Origin: Deltaproteobacteria bacterium UBA4427
GTDB lineage: Bacteria; Myxococcota_A; UBA9160; UBA4427
Reading direction: 5' to 3'
Assembly (NCBI GenBank): GCA_002390675.1
Contig: DGPZ01000102.1
Location: 53,356-117,355 of the forward strand
DNA: 64,000 nucleotides
Positions 45,166-54,756 of this stretch are shown one piece after another. The notes under the pieces were generated by a model, which worked only from the letters and a program-made list of their open reading frames with translations, was not told the origin of the DNA and ran no database searches. The position numbers were made by a program, and so were the translations under genes. Position 1 is the stretch's first letter. Every line of letters begins with the position of its first letter.

Positions 45166-46359
45166 CTAGGCGCCCTCCATCACGAGGCCGACGTTCGAAG
45201 CCATCAGACCGCCAACGCCCGTCACGTATGCGGCGTCCGCCTTTGCCAGCTGCCGGTCTTCGGCGCGACCCTGAATTTGCGTAAGCGCATCAATCACGTG
45301 GGATAGCCCACCTGCGGCCCCGCCTTGCCCCATACCGAGCTGGCCGCCGTGGGTGTTGATCGGGAAGTCGCCGGAGAAGCTCAGGTCGTGTTCTTCGACA
45401 AAAGCACCCCCCTGCCCTTTCTTAACGAAGCCAGCATCTTCGAGCGTCATTAATACAGTGATCGTGAAGCAATCGTAGAAAGAGCAGAAGTCGATCGCCG
45501 AGCGATCGATGCCCGCCATTCCAAAAGCTTTGTCCGCGGAAGGCTTCGCGGGGGTCACAGTCAAATCATCCATGTAGCTCACGGTCTTGTGACTAATGCG
45601 CTCGCCGTAGCCGGTCAAGAAGACGGGGCGATGCTTTGCTTTCTTTGCCCGCTCAGCACTTGTTAGAACCACCGCGCCTCCACCGAAGCAAGGCATCACC
45701 ATTTCCAGAAGGTGAACGGGATCGCTGACCATAGGCGATGCGAGGACATCATCGATAGTAATCGGCTTGTCCTTAAAGACGGCCTTCGGATTTTTGAGCG
45801 CGCTATTGCGTTCATCCACCGCGATCTTCGCCAAGGTTTCCGGCGCAACGCCGTATTGGCTCATGTACCGCTGGGCAACCATCGCGAAGGAGGGAGCCGC
45901 AGCCACTAAGCCATAGGGAATATCGAACTGCCCCTGCGGCGAGCCCCAAGCGTCTCCCATCAGATAGGGCGGCATGATCATCTTCGCCGCATCACCGCCG
46001 GCTTCGACCGGAGCCGGAGTCGAGTGCACTAGAACGAGGACCGTCTCGCACAATCCGATTTCGATCGCAGCCGCCGCACGCCAAATCATTCCTGCAGAAC
46101 TTGCGCCACCTATGTCTACGACTTCACCGAAATTCGCCTGGATCTGCAGATATTCAGCGAGTGCCAATGGTGGAAAGAGGGGCGACTCCTGAAGGCCCCC
46201 AATCACGAGGCCGTCGACCTCACCCTTGTCGATTCCAGCGTCGGAGAGCGCTTCCGCGGCGAGCTTTGCGCAGGCCTCCATACTGAACATGGGTTGGTCC
46301 CATTTCCGTTGCGGGGCCCACTCGGTGAATCCGACGAGGGCGGCGGATCGTTTGCCCAT
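45166..46359 (-). CDS. thiolase-like lipid-transfer protein (SCP-x type)
   Basis: 397 aa with thiolase-fold blocks GGASSAGMIWRAAAAIEIG, INTHGGQLGMGQ and GVGGLM. Paired with DUF35. Confidence 0.85.
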   Translation of the reverse strand: MGKRSAALVGFTEWAPQRKWDQPMFSMEACAKLAAEALSDAGIDKGEVDGLVIGGLQESPLFPPLALAEYLQIQANFGEVVDIGGASSAGMIWRAAAAIEIGLCETVLVLVHSTPAPVEAGGDAAKMIMPPYLMGDAWGSPQGQFDIPYGLVAAAPSFAMVAQRYMSQYGVAPETLAKIAVDERNSALKNPKAVFKDKPITIDDVLASPMVSDPVHLLEMVMPCFGGGAVVLTSAERAKKAKHRPVFLTGYGERISHKTVSYMDDLTVTPAKPSADKAFGMAGIDRSAIDFCSFYDCFTITVLMTLEDAGFVKKGQGGAFVEEHDLSFSGDFPINTHGGQLGMGQGGAAGGLSHVIDALTQIQGRAEDRQLAKADAAYVTGVGGLMASNVGLVMEGA

Positions 46360-46448
46360 TCTATTTCCTTTCGTGCGCCGGATGCGTAGTACTATCGCGG
46401 CCTATTACTTGGCAACCTAGAGTTGACGAAAAACTCCCGGACGATCTG

Positions 46449-47636
46449 TTATTCGGGGCGGATACGGACTGGCAGCGTTCGCAGCCCGCATGCAAAAGCG
46501 GGAGCGTTCTTAGGCGGCATGCCTTCCGTCGTTCGCTCGAGATTCGGCAACCGATTCAAGATCGCTTCGAAGGTACAGCGAAGTTCGAGCCGAGCAATAT
46601 TGGCTCCCATGCAGAAATGCGTGCCTATCCCGAACGAGACGTGAGGGTTCGGGTGTCGCGTGATATCGAATTTCTGCGGATTCGGAAAGACAGCCTCATC
46701 GCGATTTGCGCTGGCGTACATCAAGAGCACCTGGTCTCCAGACTTGATCGTCTGTCCGTGCATTTCCACGTCACAGGTGGCCGTTCGGCTCATGTTAAGG
46801 AGTGGACTGACCCAGCGGATCATCTCTTCAATCGCATCAGGCATGCGCTCCGGTTCATTTCGAAGCAGGGCCAATTGGTCTGGGTTTTCGAGCAGAGCGA
46901 GCGTCCCGCCTGCGATCACGTGCCGCGTCGTATCACTGCCACCATTCAGGAGCAGAAGAGACTCGGAAGCGATCAAAACGTCATCGCGCTTCGTATCACC
47001 TTCTTCGGACTTTGCGACGATCTTCGAAAACCAATCTTCGCCGAGGCCATTCTTACGTCGATCCGCGGCAACACCCATAGCCTCCCCGAAATAACCCTGC
47101 GCCATGGCCATCAATTCGTCGGAGGCGTAACGAGGCCCGCCCCCGCCGGCCATCGTCGTCTCTGCAATGTTTGCATAACGTGGCCAGTCCTCATCTTTTA
47201 GTCCAAGCGCTTCAATGATGACTCGAACTGGAAGCGGAATCGCGATTTCCTTAACAAGATCAAACTCCGTGCGCCCTTCGAGACCATCAAAGATGTCATC
47301 GACGATCCGCTGGATTCGCGGCACGAATTGCTTCGCGCCTCGCGGCGTAATGTCTTTTTGGAAGATGCGACGGAAAGCGAGATGCTTAGGATCGTCATTA
47401 TCGATCATCGAACCGGAGCCCGGCGTATTCGGACGGGAGCCCTCCGCACTCGAGAAGCGTTTCGGGTCGCGAGAGATCGATACGATATCAGCGTGATGAG
47501 AGATGCCCCAAATCTCGTTGATCTCGTCCCAATAGACCGGCGCATTCGCCCGAAGCCAGGCGTAAGTCGGCTCTGGGTCTCCCTCGTACAGGTCGCGATC
47601 GAGCAGATCAATTTTCATTTCTTCAGCTGCAGACAT
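46449..47636 (-). CDS. cytochrome P450
   Basis: Haem-thiolate loop FGIGTHFCMGANIARLE, I-helix LLLLNGGSDTTRH and ExxR (EEMIRW). Confidence 0.9.
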   Translation of the reverse strand: MSAAEEMKIDLLDRDLYEGDPEPTYAWLRANAPVYWDEINEIWGISHHADIVSISRDPKRFSSAEGSRPNTPGSGSMIDNDDPKHLAFRRIFQKDITPRGAKQFVPRIQRIVDDIFDGLEGRTEFDLVKEIAIPLPVRVIIEALGLKDEDWPRYANIAETTMAGGGGPRYASDELMAMAQGYFGEAMGVAADRRKNGLGEDWFSKIVAKSEEGDTKRDDVLIASESLLLLNGGSDTTRHVIAGGTLALLENPDQLALLRNEPERMPDAIEEMIRWVSPLLNMSRTATCDVEMHGQTIKSGDQVLLMYASANRDEAVFPNPQKFDITRHPNPHVSFGIGTHFCMGANIARLELRCTFEAILNRLPNLERTTEGMPPKNAPAFACGLRTLPVRIRPE

Positions 47637-47756
47637 CGTTCTCGTTCCTTGGATAGGTTTAGTTACCGCACATGAGCGGCCCCCATCCTAGATCGCAGAA
47701 GCGGCTTTCGCCGCAGCCTAAAACCGATCTCTGCGCGAAGAATTGGCCCCTCGGAC

Positions 47757-48899
47757 CTACTCGTCTTCTTCGGATTCCGCGTCTTCCTGACCTTCCGGCA
47801 GCGGCATTTCGAAAATCTCGCGACGACGGGCGTCCAGCTGCGGAGCCGCCTCTTCGGCGATCTCGTTGAGGCGATCGATCAAGCCACGAAGTAGTCCGAC
47901 CTTCTTTCGATTGAAGTGCAATCGCAGCCGCGGCAAATGATCGACCTCGCCCTCTTCTTCGGGCAAGGCATCTGTACACTCGATCACCCCAGACGTCAGC
48001 AGCGGAGCAAACTCTTTGCTCAACCCCAAGAGCTGTTCATCGGAAGGCGCGAAATGCAGCCGCATCACGAGATGGTCGCCTACGAAACGACTCGAATGAT
48101 AGTTGCGGTAGAAGCCTTCGATCTCGGCCACTGCTTCGTCGATCGAGTCAGTGACGCGAATTAGATTCATGTCCTCGACGTCGATCAAGCCTCGCTCGCG
48201 AAGGTGAGTGTCGACGTACTCCAGCCAGTCCTTCCAATAACGGCCGCCCGGTTCATCGATGAAGACGATGGGCACGATCTCGCTCTTTCCTGTCTGAATA
48301 AGGGTGAGCGACTCGAAGCCTTCGTCGTGGGTACCGAAGCCGCCGGGGAAAAGCGCGATCGCATGCGCTTCCTTCACGAAGACAACCTTGCGCGTGAAGA
48401 AATATCGGAAGTTGATCAACTTCGGATCGTCGGCAATGGTCTCATTCGCAGACTGTTCAAAGGGAAGCCTAATATTGACGCCAAAGGAGGCATCTCGGCC
48501 CGCCCCGCCTTGCGCTGCACCCATGATTCCGTCGCCCGCGCCGGTGATTACCATCCACCCGGAACGCACGAGTCGCTCTGAAAATTCGAAGGCGTTGCCC
48601 CAATCGGGATGCTTCGGATCTGTGCGCGCGCTCCCGAAGACCGCGATCTTGCGATTCTCCGAATGTGGGCTGAATACGCGAAAAGCGTGCCGCAATTCCT
48701 TCAGCGCGCTGTTCACGAGCTTCAACTCGGCCCGGGAAGTCCCGTCGCGGAGAAGATGAATACTCGTCGTCAGCAGCTGCCGGACGAGCTCGATATCTTC
48801 GGGAGAAGATGACTCCCGCGAAGCGGCGTCGATCAGCTCCTCGATCCGATCATTAAGGTCGTTCCGACGGAGTTCGTAGCGGCGGCGAGGAGGCGACAT
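47757..48899 (-). CDS. LOG-family/PpnN-like nucleotide 5'-monophosphate nucleosidase
   Basis: IAVFGSARTDPKHP, WMVITGAGDGIMGAAQGGA and FPGGFGTHDEGFESLTLIQTGK (PGGxGTxxE), with N- and C-terminal extensions. Confidence 0.8.
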   Translation of the reverse strand: MSPPRRRYELRRNDLNDRIEELIDAASRESSSPEDIELVRQLLTTSIHLLRDGTSRAELKLVNSALKELRHAFRVFSPHSENRKIAVFGSARTDPKHPDWGNAFEFSERLVRSGWMVITGAGDGIMGAAQGGAGRDASFGVNIRLPFEQSANETIADDPKLINFRYFFTRKVVFVKEAHAIALFPGGFGTHDEGFESLTLIQTGKSEIVPIVFIDEPGGRYWKDWLEYVDTHLRERGLIDVEDMNLIRVTDSIDEAVAEIEGFYRNYHSSRFVGDHLVMRLHFAPSDEQLLGLSKEFAPLLTSGVIECTDALPEEEGEVDHLPRLRLHFNRKKVGLLRGLIDRLNEIAEEAAPQLDARRREIFEMPLPEGQEDAESEEDE

Positions 48900-48976
48900 C
48901 GGTCGCGATCATAGCCGTAGACGAGCCCAATGCCTCTATCGCTGTTTTTTCGGCTCTAAAAACCGCATGCGACGCC

Positions 48977-49414
48977 CTACTTCTTCATAGCCTTGAGCAT
49001 GGCACCCATCTGCGCGTGCACCTTCTGGATCGCCTTGAGCGGGCGGATCATCACCTTGAAGTCGATGATCTTCCCATCATCATTCCATTTGATCATGTCC
49101 ACGCCATTGACCTTAATGCCATCTATTTCGGTCGTGAACTCGAGTACGGCGTCATGATCTCCCACGACTTCGCGAACATATTGGAACTTCGACTCGTCAC
49201 TCTTTTTTTCACCGCCGTCCTTCTTTTCGCCGGGAAAGACGTTGAAAGCCGCAAGGAGGTATAGCTTTGTGATGTCGCGACCTACTTGGGGCGTATGCAC
49301 GACCGGAGACTGGAACACGACATCGTCCGCAAGCAATTTATCGAGGGCTTCGCCGCTCACGTTTCGGACATAGTTATGCCAGGCTTTGACACCTTCGGTC
49401 GCGGGGGAACTCAT
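48977..49414 (-). CDS. NTF2-fold (SnoaL-like) protein
   Basis: 145 aa from the ATG at 49414 (GAGGAAAG upstream). WHNYVRNVSGEALDKLLADDVVFQSPVVHTPQVG is typical of NTF2-like small proteins. Confidence 0.6.
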   Translation of the reverse strand: MSSPATEGVKAWHNYVRNVSGEALDKLLADDVVFQSPVVHTPQVGRDITKLYLLAAFNVFPGEKKDGGEKKSDESKFQYVREVVGDHDAVLEFTTEIDGIKVNGVDMIKWNDDGKIIDFKVMIRPLKAIQKVHAQMGAMLKAMKK

Positions 49415-49503
49415 TCTTCTTTCCTCTATGTATCTCGTGTCGCGCGCAGGCGAGTGCCGGGCAATCGTCGACCGCGAAACTGGTCTATGTAGGCGATATG
49501 CGA

Positions 49504-49758
49504 CTACAGAAATTTCTGGGGAACGCTGCTGATCGCGGCGTAGATTCCGAAGCAAAGTCCGCCGACCGCAGCGGCAGCGGGTGGAGCATCGGGGAAGATC
49601 ATTATGGCCAAGACCGGGCCTGCTACGAGCCCGACTGCAACAACCGAGTAGCCAAAGGGATGCGTGCGCACTTCATGCACCAGCTTCTCTCTGAACGTCT
49701 TAAGCTTCGCCTGCCCATCGGAATCTTCGGTCATGAATCCCTCCATCGCCGGCATCAA
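49504..49758 (-). CDS. hypothetical small membrane protein
   Basis: 84-aa ORF with two hydrophobic segments (YSVVAVGLVAGPVLAIMIF, AAAVGGLCFGIYAAI). No recognised family. Confidence 0.35.
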   Translation of the reverse strand: MMPAMEGFMTEDSDGQAKLKTFREKLVHEVRTHPFGYSVVAVGLVAGPVLAIMIFPDAPPAAAAVGGLCFGIYAAISSVPQKFL

Positions 49759-49913
49759 GCGCGGGCTCGCACGGAATTCCGGAATGAATCCAGCCTAGCC
49801 CCCATCAACCATGCGCGTCATGCAGCCGCCGGTTGCGAGGTAATACGTTCAGTCAGCCGCAGTACAACCGGCTGCGACCAGCAGCTCCACCGGCATAGCT
49901 AAGCCAAAGCGGA

Positions 49914-50555
49914 CTAACGCTCGATCGCCGCGACAATTCGCCCCGCAAGATCCGCGAGCACGGCATCGTGCGCCGCAACCACTGCTTCATTCGAGTCACT
50001 CGCGAGGGCAATCGACTCGTCCATCGCATAGAGCTCCGCGGGAGTATCGCTGCCCATTCGAACGATCGCCCAACGAATCCTGACCCGAAGCGTCTGGCCA
50101 TCTACGACGATCAGATCGTCGACATGAAGCCGCACCTTCACATCAAAGGGGAACGGTGCCTTCGCAGGATAAGTGCTCACGCGAGCCGAGCCCGTCTGTC
50201 GCGCGACTTCGAGTCCGAGTCCGCGCAGGAAATTCTTCTCGAATCCGCCTAGCCACCTCGTGAACTCATCAAGTTCGATCCGGCCACCGGCCCGGAGGCG
50301 CGCATGCTGCGGGCGATCGAGATAGGCGGGAAGCCGTACTGGACCGATCAAAATAGAAACAGCGCTGCCCGAATCGAGAGACGTGTCCGGCACGGCTCCG
50401 GAACCAAGAATAAAATGTTCAACTGTTGGACTTCGGCCGATACATCCGACGGAGGATAAGGCGGTCAGCGCAACAACAAAAACTAACATTAAAGTTCGAA
50501 ATTCGAGACCCAACGAGCCTATGCTTGCAGGACGCGTTTTAAGTTGGCGAATCAT
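49914..50555 (-). CDS. pqiC: PqiC-like (DUF330/ABC-type transport auxiliary) lipoprotein
   Basis: Lipobox ALSSVGC. Its ATG overlaps the pqiB stop codon (ATGA). The size and position are typical. Confidence 0.8.
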   Translation of the reverse strand: MIRQLKTRPASIGSLGLEFRTLMLVFVVALTALSSVGCIGRSPTVEHFILGSGAVPDTSLDSGSAVSILIGPVRLPAYLDRPQHARLRAGGRIELDEFTRWLGGFEKNFLRGLGLEVARQTGSARVSTYPAKAPFPFDVKVRLHVDDLIVVDGQTLRVRIRWAIVRMGSDTPAELYAMDESIALASDSNEAVVAAHDAVLADLAGRIVAAIER

Positions 50556-52159
50556 TCGGCCTTCCCCCTGAGCAGCTCTTCGGGATATTCTTCGAGCCGC
50601 TCCGCAAGCAACCGCAGAGACTCGGCTGCGCCCGCGAGATCAACGACCAGTGTTTCCAGTTCCTGCGCCATTGCAGAATCCGGTGCGATCAGTGCATCGG
50701 CCGAGGCCAACGTCGACTCGAGCTTCTCAAGGGAAGCCGTCATAGTCGGCAACAGATCCGTATTCGCCGAGGCGGTGAGGGCCTCAACCGAAACCAAGGT
50801 TTCCGCAAGACTCGCGAAGACACGGTCGAGATTCTCTCCGATCGATTCGATCGGAAGTTTATCGATGCGATCAACAATCCCCGTCACGCGCTCCGTGATA
50901 GCATCAAGCCCACCCGAGACCGTCGGCAGCACCGGGTAGCCGCGACCGAATTGAATTTCCGCAGGCTTTGCACCCTCAATGAAGTCGAAAGCGACTGCCT
51001 TCTGACCCGTGATGATGTTATTCGTCGCTAGTTGCGCACGGAAGCCTCGCGCGACCATGCTCTTAAGCACGCTCGCCTGATTGACTTTGATGTCACGGCC
51101 CGCCAGGCCGAGCCGCTCCGGCTCGATTTCAATGACCACCGGAATACGAAACTCATTCGTATCGAGATCGAGTTCGATGTCGACATCCAGGACCTCTCCC
51201 AACTTGATTCCTCGAAACTCGACCGGCGAACCGTGTACCAGGCCAGATACGGAGTCCTCGAAAAAGAGCATATAGCGGGTCTTACGCGAATAACGTGGCC
51301 GCCGCGTGGCCTGCTTGTTCGGATAGAGTTCGAAGACCATGTTCTCAGGAACATCTTGCGCGACAGTGACCGTGGCCGGCGTTTCAAAAGCAATACCGCC
51401 GACCAACATGGACATCAGCGAAGGCGTGTCGACTTGGACACCCTCTGCAGTGACCACGGCATCTAGGCCGGAGGCATTCCAGAAGCGGGTCGTCGAGCGA
51501 ACCCGATCATCATGCGGCGCTTCGACGAAAACCTGGACGTTGACCGATTCTCCCGCTTCGTCGAGTTCGTAACCCGCGATCTGTCCGACATTTAACCATC
51601 GGTAATAGACCGGCGAGCCGACGTCTACGGATCCCAATTCCTGAGCGCGCAGATGAAAAAGCGTGCCGGGTTTGTCCGACCGGACGACCGGCACTTTCTC
51701 AAGCCCTTCGAAAACCCGAGCCCGCTCCCCCTCACTCGAAGGATCGACAGCCAGGTACGCGCCGGAGAGCAGCGTATCGACGCCCGAAATTTCGGCGGCG
51801 GAGACCTCGGCACGAACGACCCAAAAGCGCGTCTTCTCCGTAAGAAAGCCCGAGAGTTCCTTTGCCATGCTCGCTGTGACCTTAACCCGCGAAAGGTCCT
51901 CGTTCAGCTCAACCGTCTCGACGACGCCGACATCAACTTCTTTGTACTTCAGCTTTGTTTGGCCAGCGACGATGCCCTCGGCGCTCTCGAACACGATCGT
52001 AATTTGCGGGCCCTGTTCCGACCAAGCCCAGTAGGCGAGGTAGAGACCGACCAACGCTGCGATCAGCGGAATCAGCCAAACGATTGAAGGGCGTGCTTTC
52101 GCTCGAACAATCGCGCGAGGCGCCGCGCCCCCGTCCTGGCCCACTTCATCATTCGCCAT
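50552..52159 (-). CDS. pqiB: intermembrane transport protein PqiB (multi-MCE)
   Basis: N-terminal anchor SIVWLIPLIAALVGLYLAYWAW. Repeated MCE domains (GQTKLKYKEVDVGVVETVEL, GSPVYYRWLNVGQI, GSPVEFRGIKLGEV). C-terminal helical needle region. Confidence 0.9.
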   Translation of the reverse strand: MANDEVGQDGGAAPRAIVRAKARPSIVWLIPLIAALVGLYLAYWAWSEQGPQITIVFESAEGIVAGQTKLKYKEVDVGVVETVELNEDLSRVKVTASMAKELSGFLTEKTRFWVVRAEVSAAEISGVDTLLSGAYLAVDPSSEGERARVFEGLEKVPVVRSDKPGTLFHLRAQELGSVDVGSPVYYRWLNVGQIAGYELDEAGESVNVQVFVEAPHDDRVRSTTRFWNASGLDAVVTAEGVQVDTPSLMSMLVGGIAFETPATVTVAQDVPENMVFELYPNKQATRRPRYSRKTRYMLFFEDSVSGLVHGSPVEFRGIKLGEVLDVDIELDLDTNEFRIPVVIEIEPERLGLAGRDIKVNQASVLKSMVARGFRAQLATNNIITGQKAVAFDFIEGAKPAEIQFGRGYPVLPTVSGGLDAITERVTGIVDRIDKLPIESIGENLDRVFASLAETLVSVEALTASANTDLLPTMTASLEKLESTLASADALIAPDSAMAQELETLVVDLAGAAESLRLLAERLEEYPEELLRGKAE

Positions 52160-52832
52160 CTGCGTCTCCTACTCCTTCGTCCGCGTCGGTCATCATCTGA
52201 TCCCAGATCAGACGAGGATCGAAACTCTCTGCAGCGAACATGGTCAATACCACGACCGCACCAAAGAATAAGGCCCCCAGCTTCGCTTCAACCGACGCCA
52301 ACGACCCCAGGTTAACCAGCGCGACCAGGATCGTCACCACATAGACATCGACCATCGACCATCGACCCACCGCTTCAACGACCCGATAGAGTCGCGCACG
52401 ATCATGAGGGCGCCACTGGCTGCCTCGCTGAACCGACAACGCTAAAGACCCGAGGGCTATGATTTTTAGCACCGGCACGATCACGCTGGCTACGAAGACG
52501 ATCAACGAAAGTGGCCACATTCCGTGCGCGAAGAGGTAGACCACGCCTGAAAGGATCGTATCGGCTTGCGGTCGCCCGAGCGTCGTCACTTCCATGACGG
52601 GATAAATATTCGCCGGCACATAACAAATGACCGCAGCGATCAGCAACGACCACGTACGGGCGAGACTATTCGGCTTACGGCGATGAATCGCAGTGCGACA
52701 TCGTGGGCATCCCAGTCCATGAATCGGCCCCAAAGGTACGGAAACAACTAACTCGCAGGTATGACACTGCGCATAGGGGCCTGCAGGGTCTGTCGTTGCA
52801 GCGCTCATTTGAGGTCCCCGATTCTGCGCCAA
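52149..52832 (-). CDS. pqiA: PqiA-family membrane protein (second half-size paralogue)
   Basis: CHTCELVVSVP...CPRCRTAIHRRKPNSLARTWSLLIAAVICYVPANIYPVM. One PqiA repeat only. Confidence 0.8.
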   Translation of the reverse strand: MAQNRGPQMSAATTDPAGPYAQCHTCELVVSVPLGPIHGLGCPRCRTAIHRRKPNSLARTWSLLIAAVICYVPANIYPVMEVTTLGRPQADTILSGVVYLFAHGMWPLSLIVFVASVIVPVLKIIALGSLALSVQRGSQWRPHDRARLYRVVEAVGRWSMVDVYVVTILVALVNLGSLASVEAKLGALFFGAVVVLTMFAAESFDPRLIWDQMMTDADEGVGDADGE

Positions 52833-53407
52833 ACGATTTCAGCATCCAAGAACGATGCCGCGCCAGCGAGGGTGGGGATCAAGAGGCCGAACGCCCAAAG
52901 CGCAATTCCCGGGACGATGTCGGCCATGTCAGCCAATTTCACGACCGCAACGAAAATCCCGATCAAGAACACTTCCATCATGCTCCACGGACGGAATCGC
53001 TCGACCTCTCTAAACGCGATAACCGCGCCAGGAAGAGCACGGCCGAAATGCAGCGGCGCAAGCACGTACAAAAGGAGGCCGATCTCAAGCGCCGGGGCGA
53101 CGATCGTCGTCATGAAAACGAGTGCGGCGACCGCGAAACGTCCCTGTTCCCAAAGCGCAACCGAGCCGGAAATGAGCGTCGTCTGGGTGATCTGTCCCTG
53201 CATCTCAAATGAAAGAAAGGGGTAGGCGTTTGCTACAACAAAAAGAATCGCGGCGGCGGTGATGAGCGCGAGAGTGTATTCGACGGTCTGTCGTTGGCGA
53301 CGGAAGATCGTCCCACCACACCGCATACAGATAGCCGCTCCCCCATCCGGGATGTCGGGTTCATCGCAAATCGCATCACAATGGTGGCATCCGATTACCG
53401 ACACCAA
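52805..53407 (-). CDS. pqiA: PqiA-family membrane protein (first half-size paralogue)
   Basis: CHHCDAICDEP...CMRCGGTIFRRQRQTVEYTLALITAAAILFVVANAYPF. One PqiA repeat only. Overlaps the next gene by 28 nt. Confidence 0.8.
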   Translation of the reverse strand: MVSVIGCHHCDAICDEPDIPDGGAAICMRCGGTIFRRQRQTVEYTLALITAAAILFVVANAYPFLSFEMQGQITQTTLISGSVALWEQGRFAVAALVFMTTIVAPALEIGLLLYVLAPLHFGRALPGAVIAFREVERFRPWSMMEVFLIGIFVAVVKLADMADIVPGIALWAFGLLIPTLAGAASFLDAEIVWRRIGDLK

Positions 53408-53733
53408 CGCTTCCTTCTCTTCGTGCTCTTCATAAGCGTGACGGGGCTTCTGTTCGGCTCATAGGTGAGCGCAATCATACTGAACTCAGCTCAAGGCGTA
53501 GGGGCCTGGCGCGACAGAGGGGCTCTAACCTCGATTTAAAGCTGAATTTCCTGCGAGACAAACTCGAAGCCTCTATTTGACATGCGCCGAGCTCGGCACA
53601 ATGGCGGGCGGGACAGGAGATGCTCAAAGCAGCAGATACTTAGCGCGGAGTTTGATTCCACGGTCGCAAGGGATGAGGGCCGGATGGCGGCACTCTATCT
53701 CCTGACATAATCCAATCACGCCCCTCGGGGAAA

Positions 53734-54585
53734 TTAGCGAGTTACCCCGCGAACCATCTCGATCCGGGCAGCCTTGCGCTGCCACCGATCGCTGAGCCAA
53801 GGAATTAGGCCTTCTCGCGAAGAAGGCACCTTATCAAGAGGGATACGATCAATCACAACGCCGACCGTCTTTAAGCGCCCGGACAGGAACAGCCAAAACG
53901 AAACCTCTTCTGGGTAAGCGAGCGTCACGTCCAACAAAACATCCGCGTCCTCCGCGAGGGCTTCGCGAATCGATGCCAAGCCGCCAACCCGAGGCGGCAG
54001 GAGCGTTCGGTACGGAGACGACATGGACTCACGCTTCTCTTCACTAAAGCGGGTCCCCTCCGCAAAGACCATCATCGCGGCCGGATGTTCTCGCACCGCG
54101 TCGCAGGCAGCATCCAGCGCCTCGGCATCCATGCGCCTTCGAGTCGTTTCATCCACAGCGCCTTTCGCACCTCGCCTAAGGGCCGGGAAGTCGAATGCCC
54201 AAAAGATGACTCCGAAGATCGGGATAAAGACGAGCTCTCGTTTGCTCAGAAACTTAAGCAAGGGCCCATCTAGTGAGATCACGCTCTGCAGAATCAGAAT
54301 GTCGGACCAGGACGCATGGTTCGACAGAACGATGCAAACGTCATCCTTCGCAACGCCTGCCTCCGGACGGTCCCAAGAAATCCCCATCACACCCCGAAGC
54401 CACAGATCATTGATCCTAACCGCCGCGCGATAGACGAGGGCGAGTAACGAATCGATCCCTCCGCGAAACGGCGGCAACAGAAATTTTACCGATCCAAGCA
54501 CAACGAGAAGCAGCACCCAGATCGCAAGATTCAGAGTAATCACGGTGATCGACACCGCGCTTTTGAGGTGATCCAGGGGAGACAT
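53734..54585 (-). CDS. lysophospholipid/1-acyl-glycerol-3-phosphate acyltransferase family
   Basis: HxxxxD acyltransferase motif VLSNHASWSDILIL. Also FAEGTRFS. N-terminal TM. Confidence 0.85.
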   Translation of the reverse strand: MSPLDHLKSAVSITVITLNLAIWVLLLVVLGSVKFLLPPFRGGIDSLLALVYRAAVRINDLWLRGVMGISWDRPEAGVAKDDVCIVLSNHASWSDILILQSVISLDGPLLKFLSKRELVFIPIFGVIFWAFDFPALRRGAKGAVDETTRRRMDAEALDAACDAVREHPAAMMVFAEGTRFSEEKRESMSSPYRTLLPPRVGGLASIREALAEDADVLLDVTLAYPEEVSFWLFLSGRLKTVGVVIDRIPLDKVPSSREGLIPWLSDRWQRKAARIEMVRGVTR

Positions 54586-54756
54586 ATCCGAGGAGATTCT
54601 AACGGTGTTTTTAGGGTTGCGGCTGTCTTGGCCGAACGCTTTTCCTTCGCTGCGGATTTCTTTGATGCGTTTTTCACCTCGCCTCGCCTCTCCTCGCTTT
54701 CAGAACCTCGTAAATCTCTTCAGCGCGCGACCGCAGATCCCCGGTAGACTGAGGAC

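Noticed and set aside
53586-53597. 12-bp perfect palindrome GCCGAGCTCGGC next to a TTGACA hexamer (53577-53582) upstream of the pqiA genes' region
   Set aside because: No acceptable -10 element lies at 16-18 nt. The plus-strand orientation has no downstream gene before 54757, with an opposite-strand gene in between. A short GC palindrome is not unusual at this GC content.
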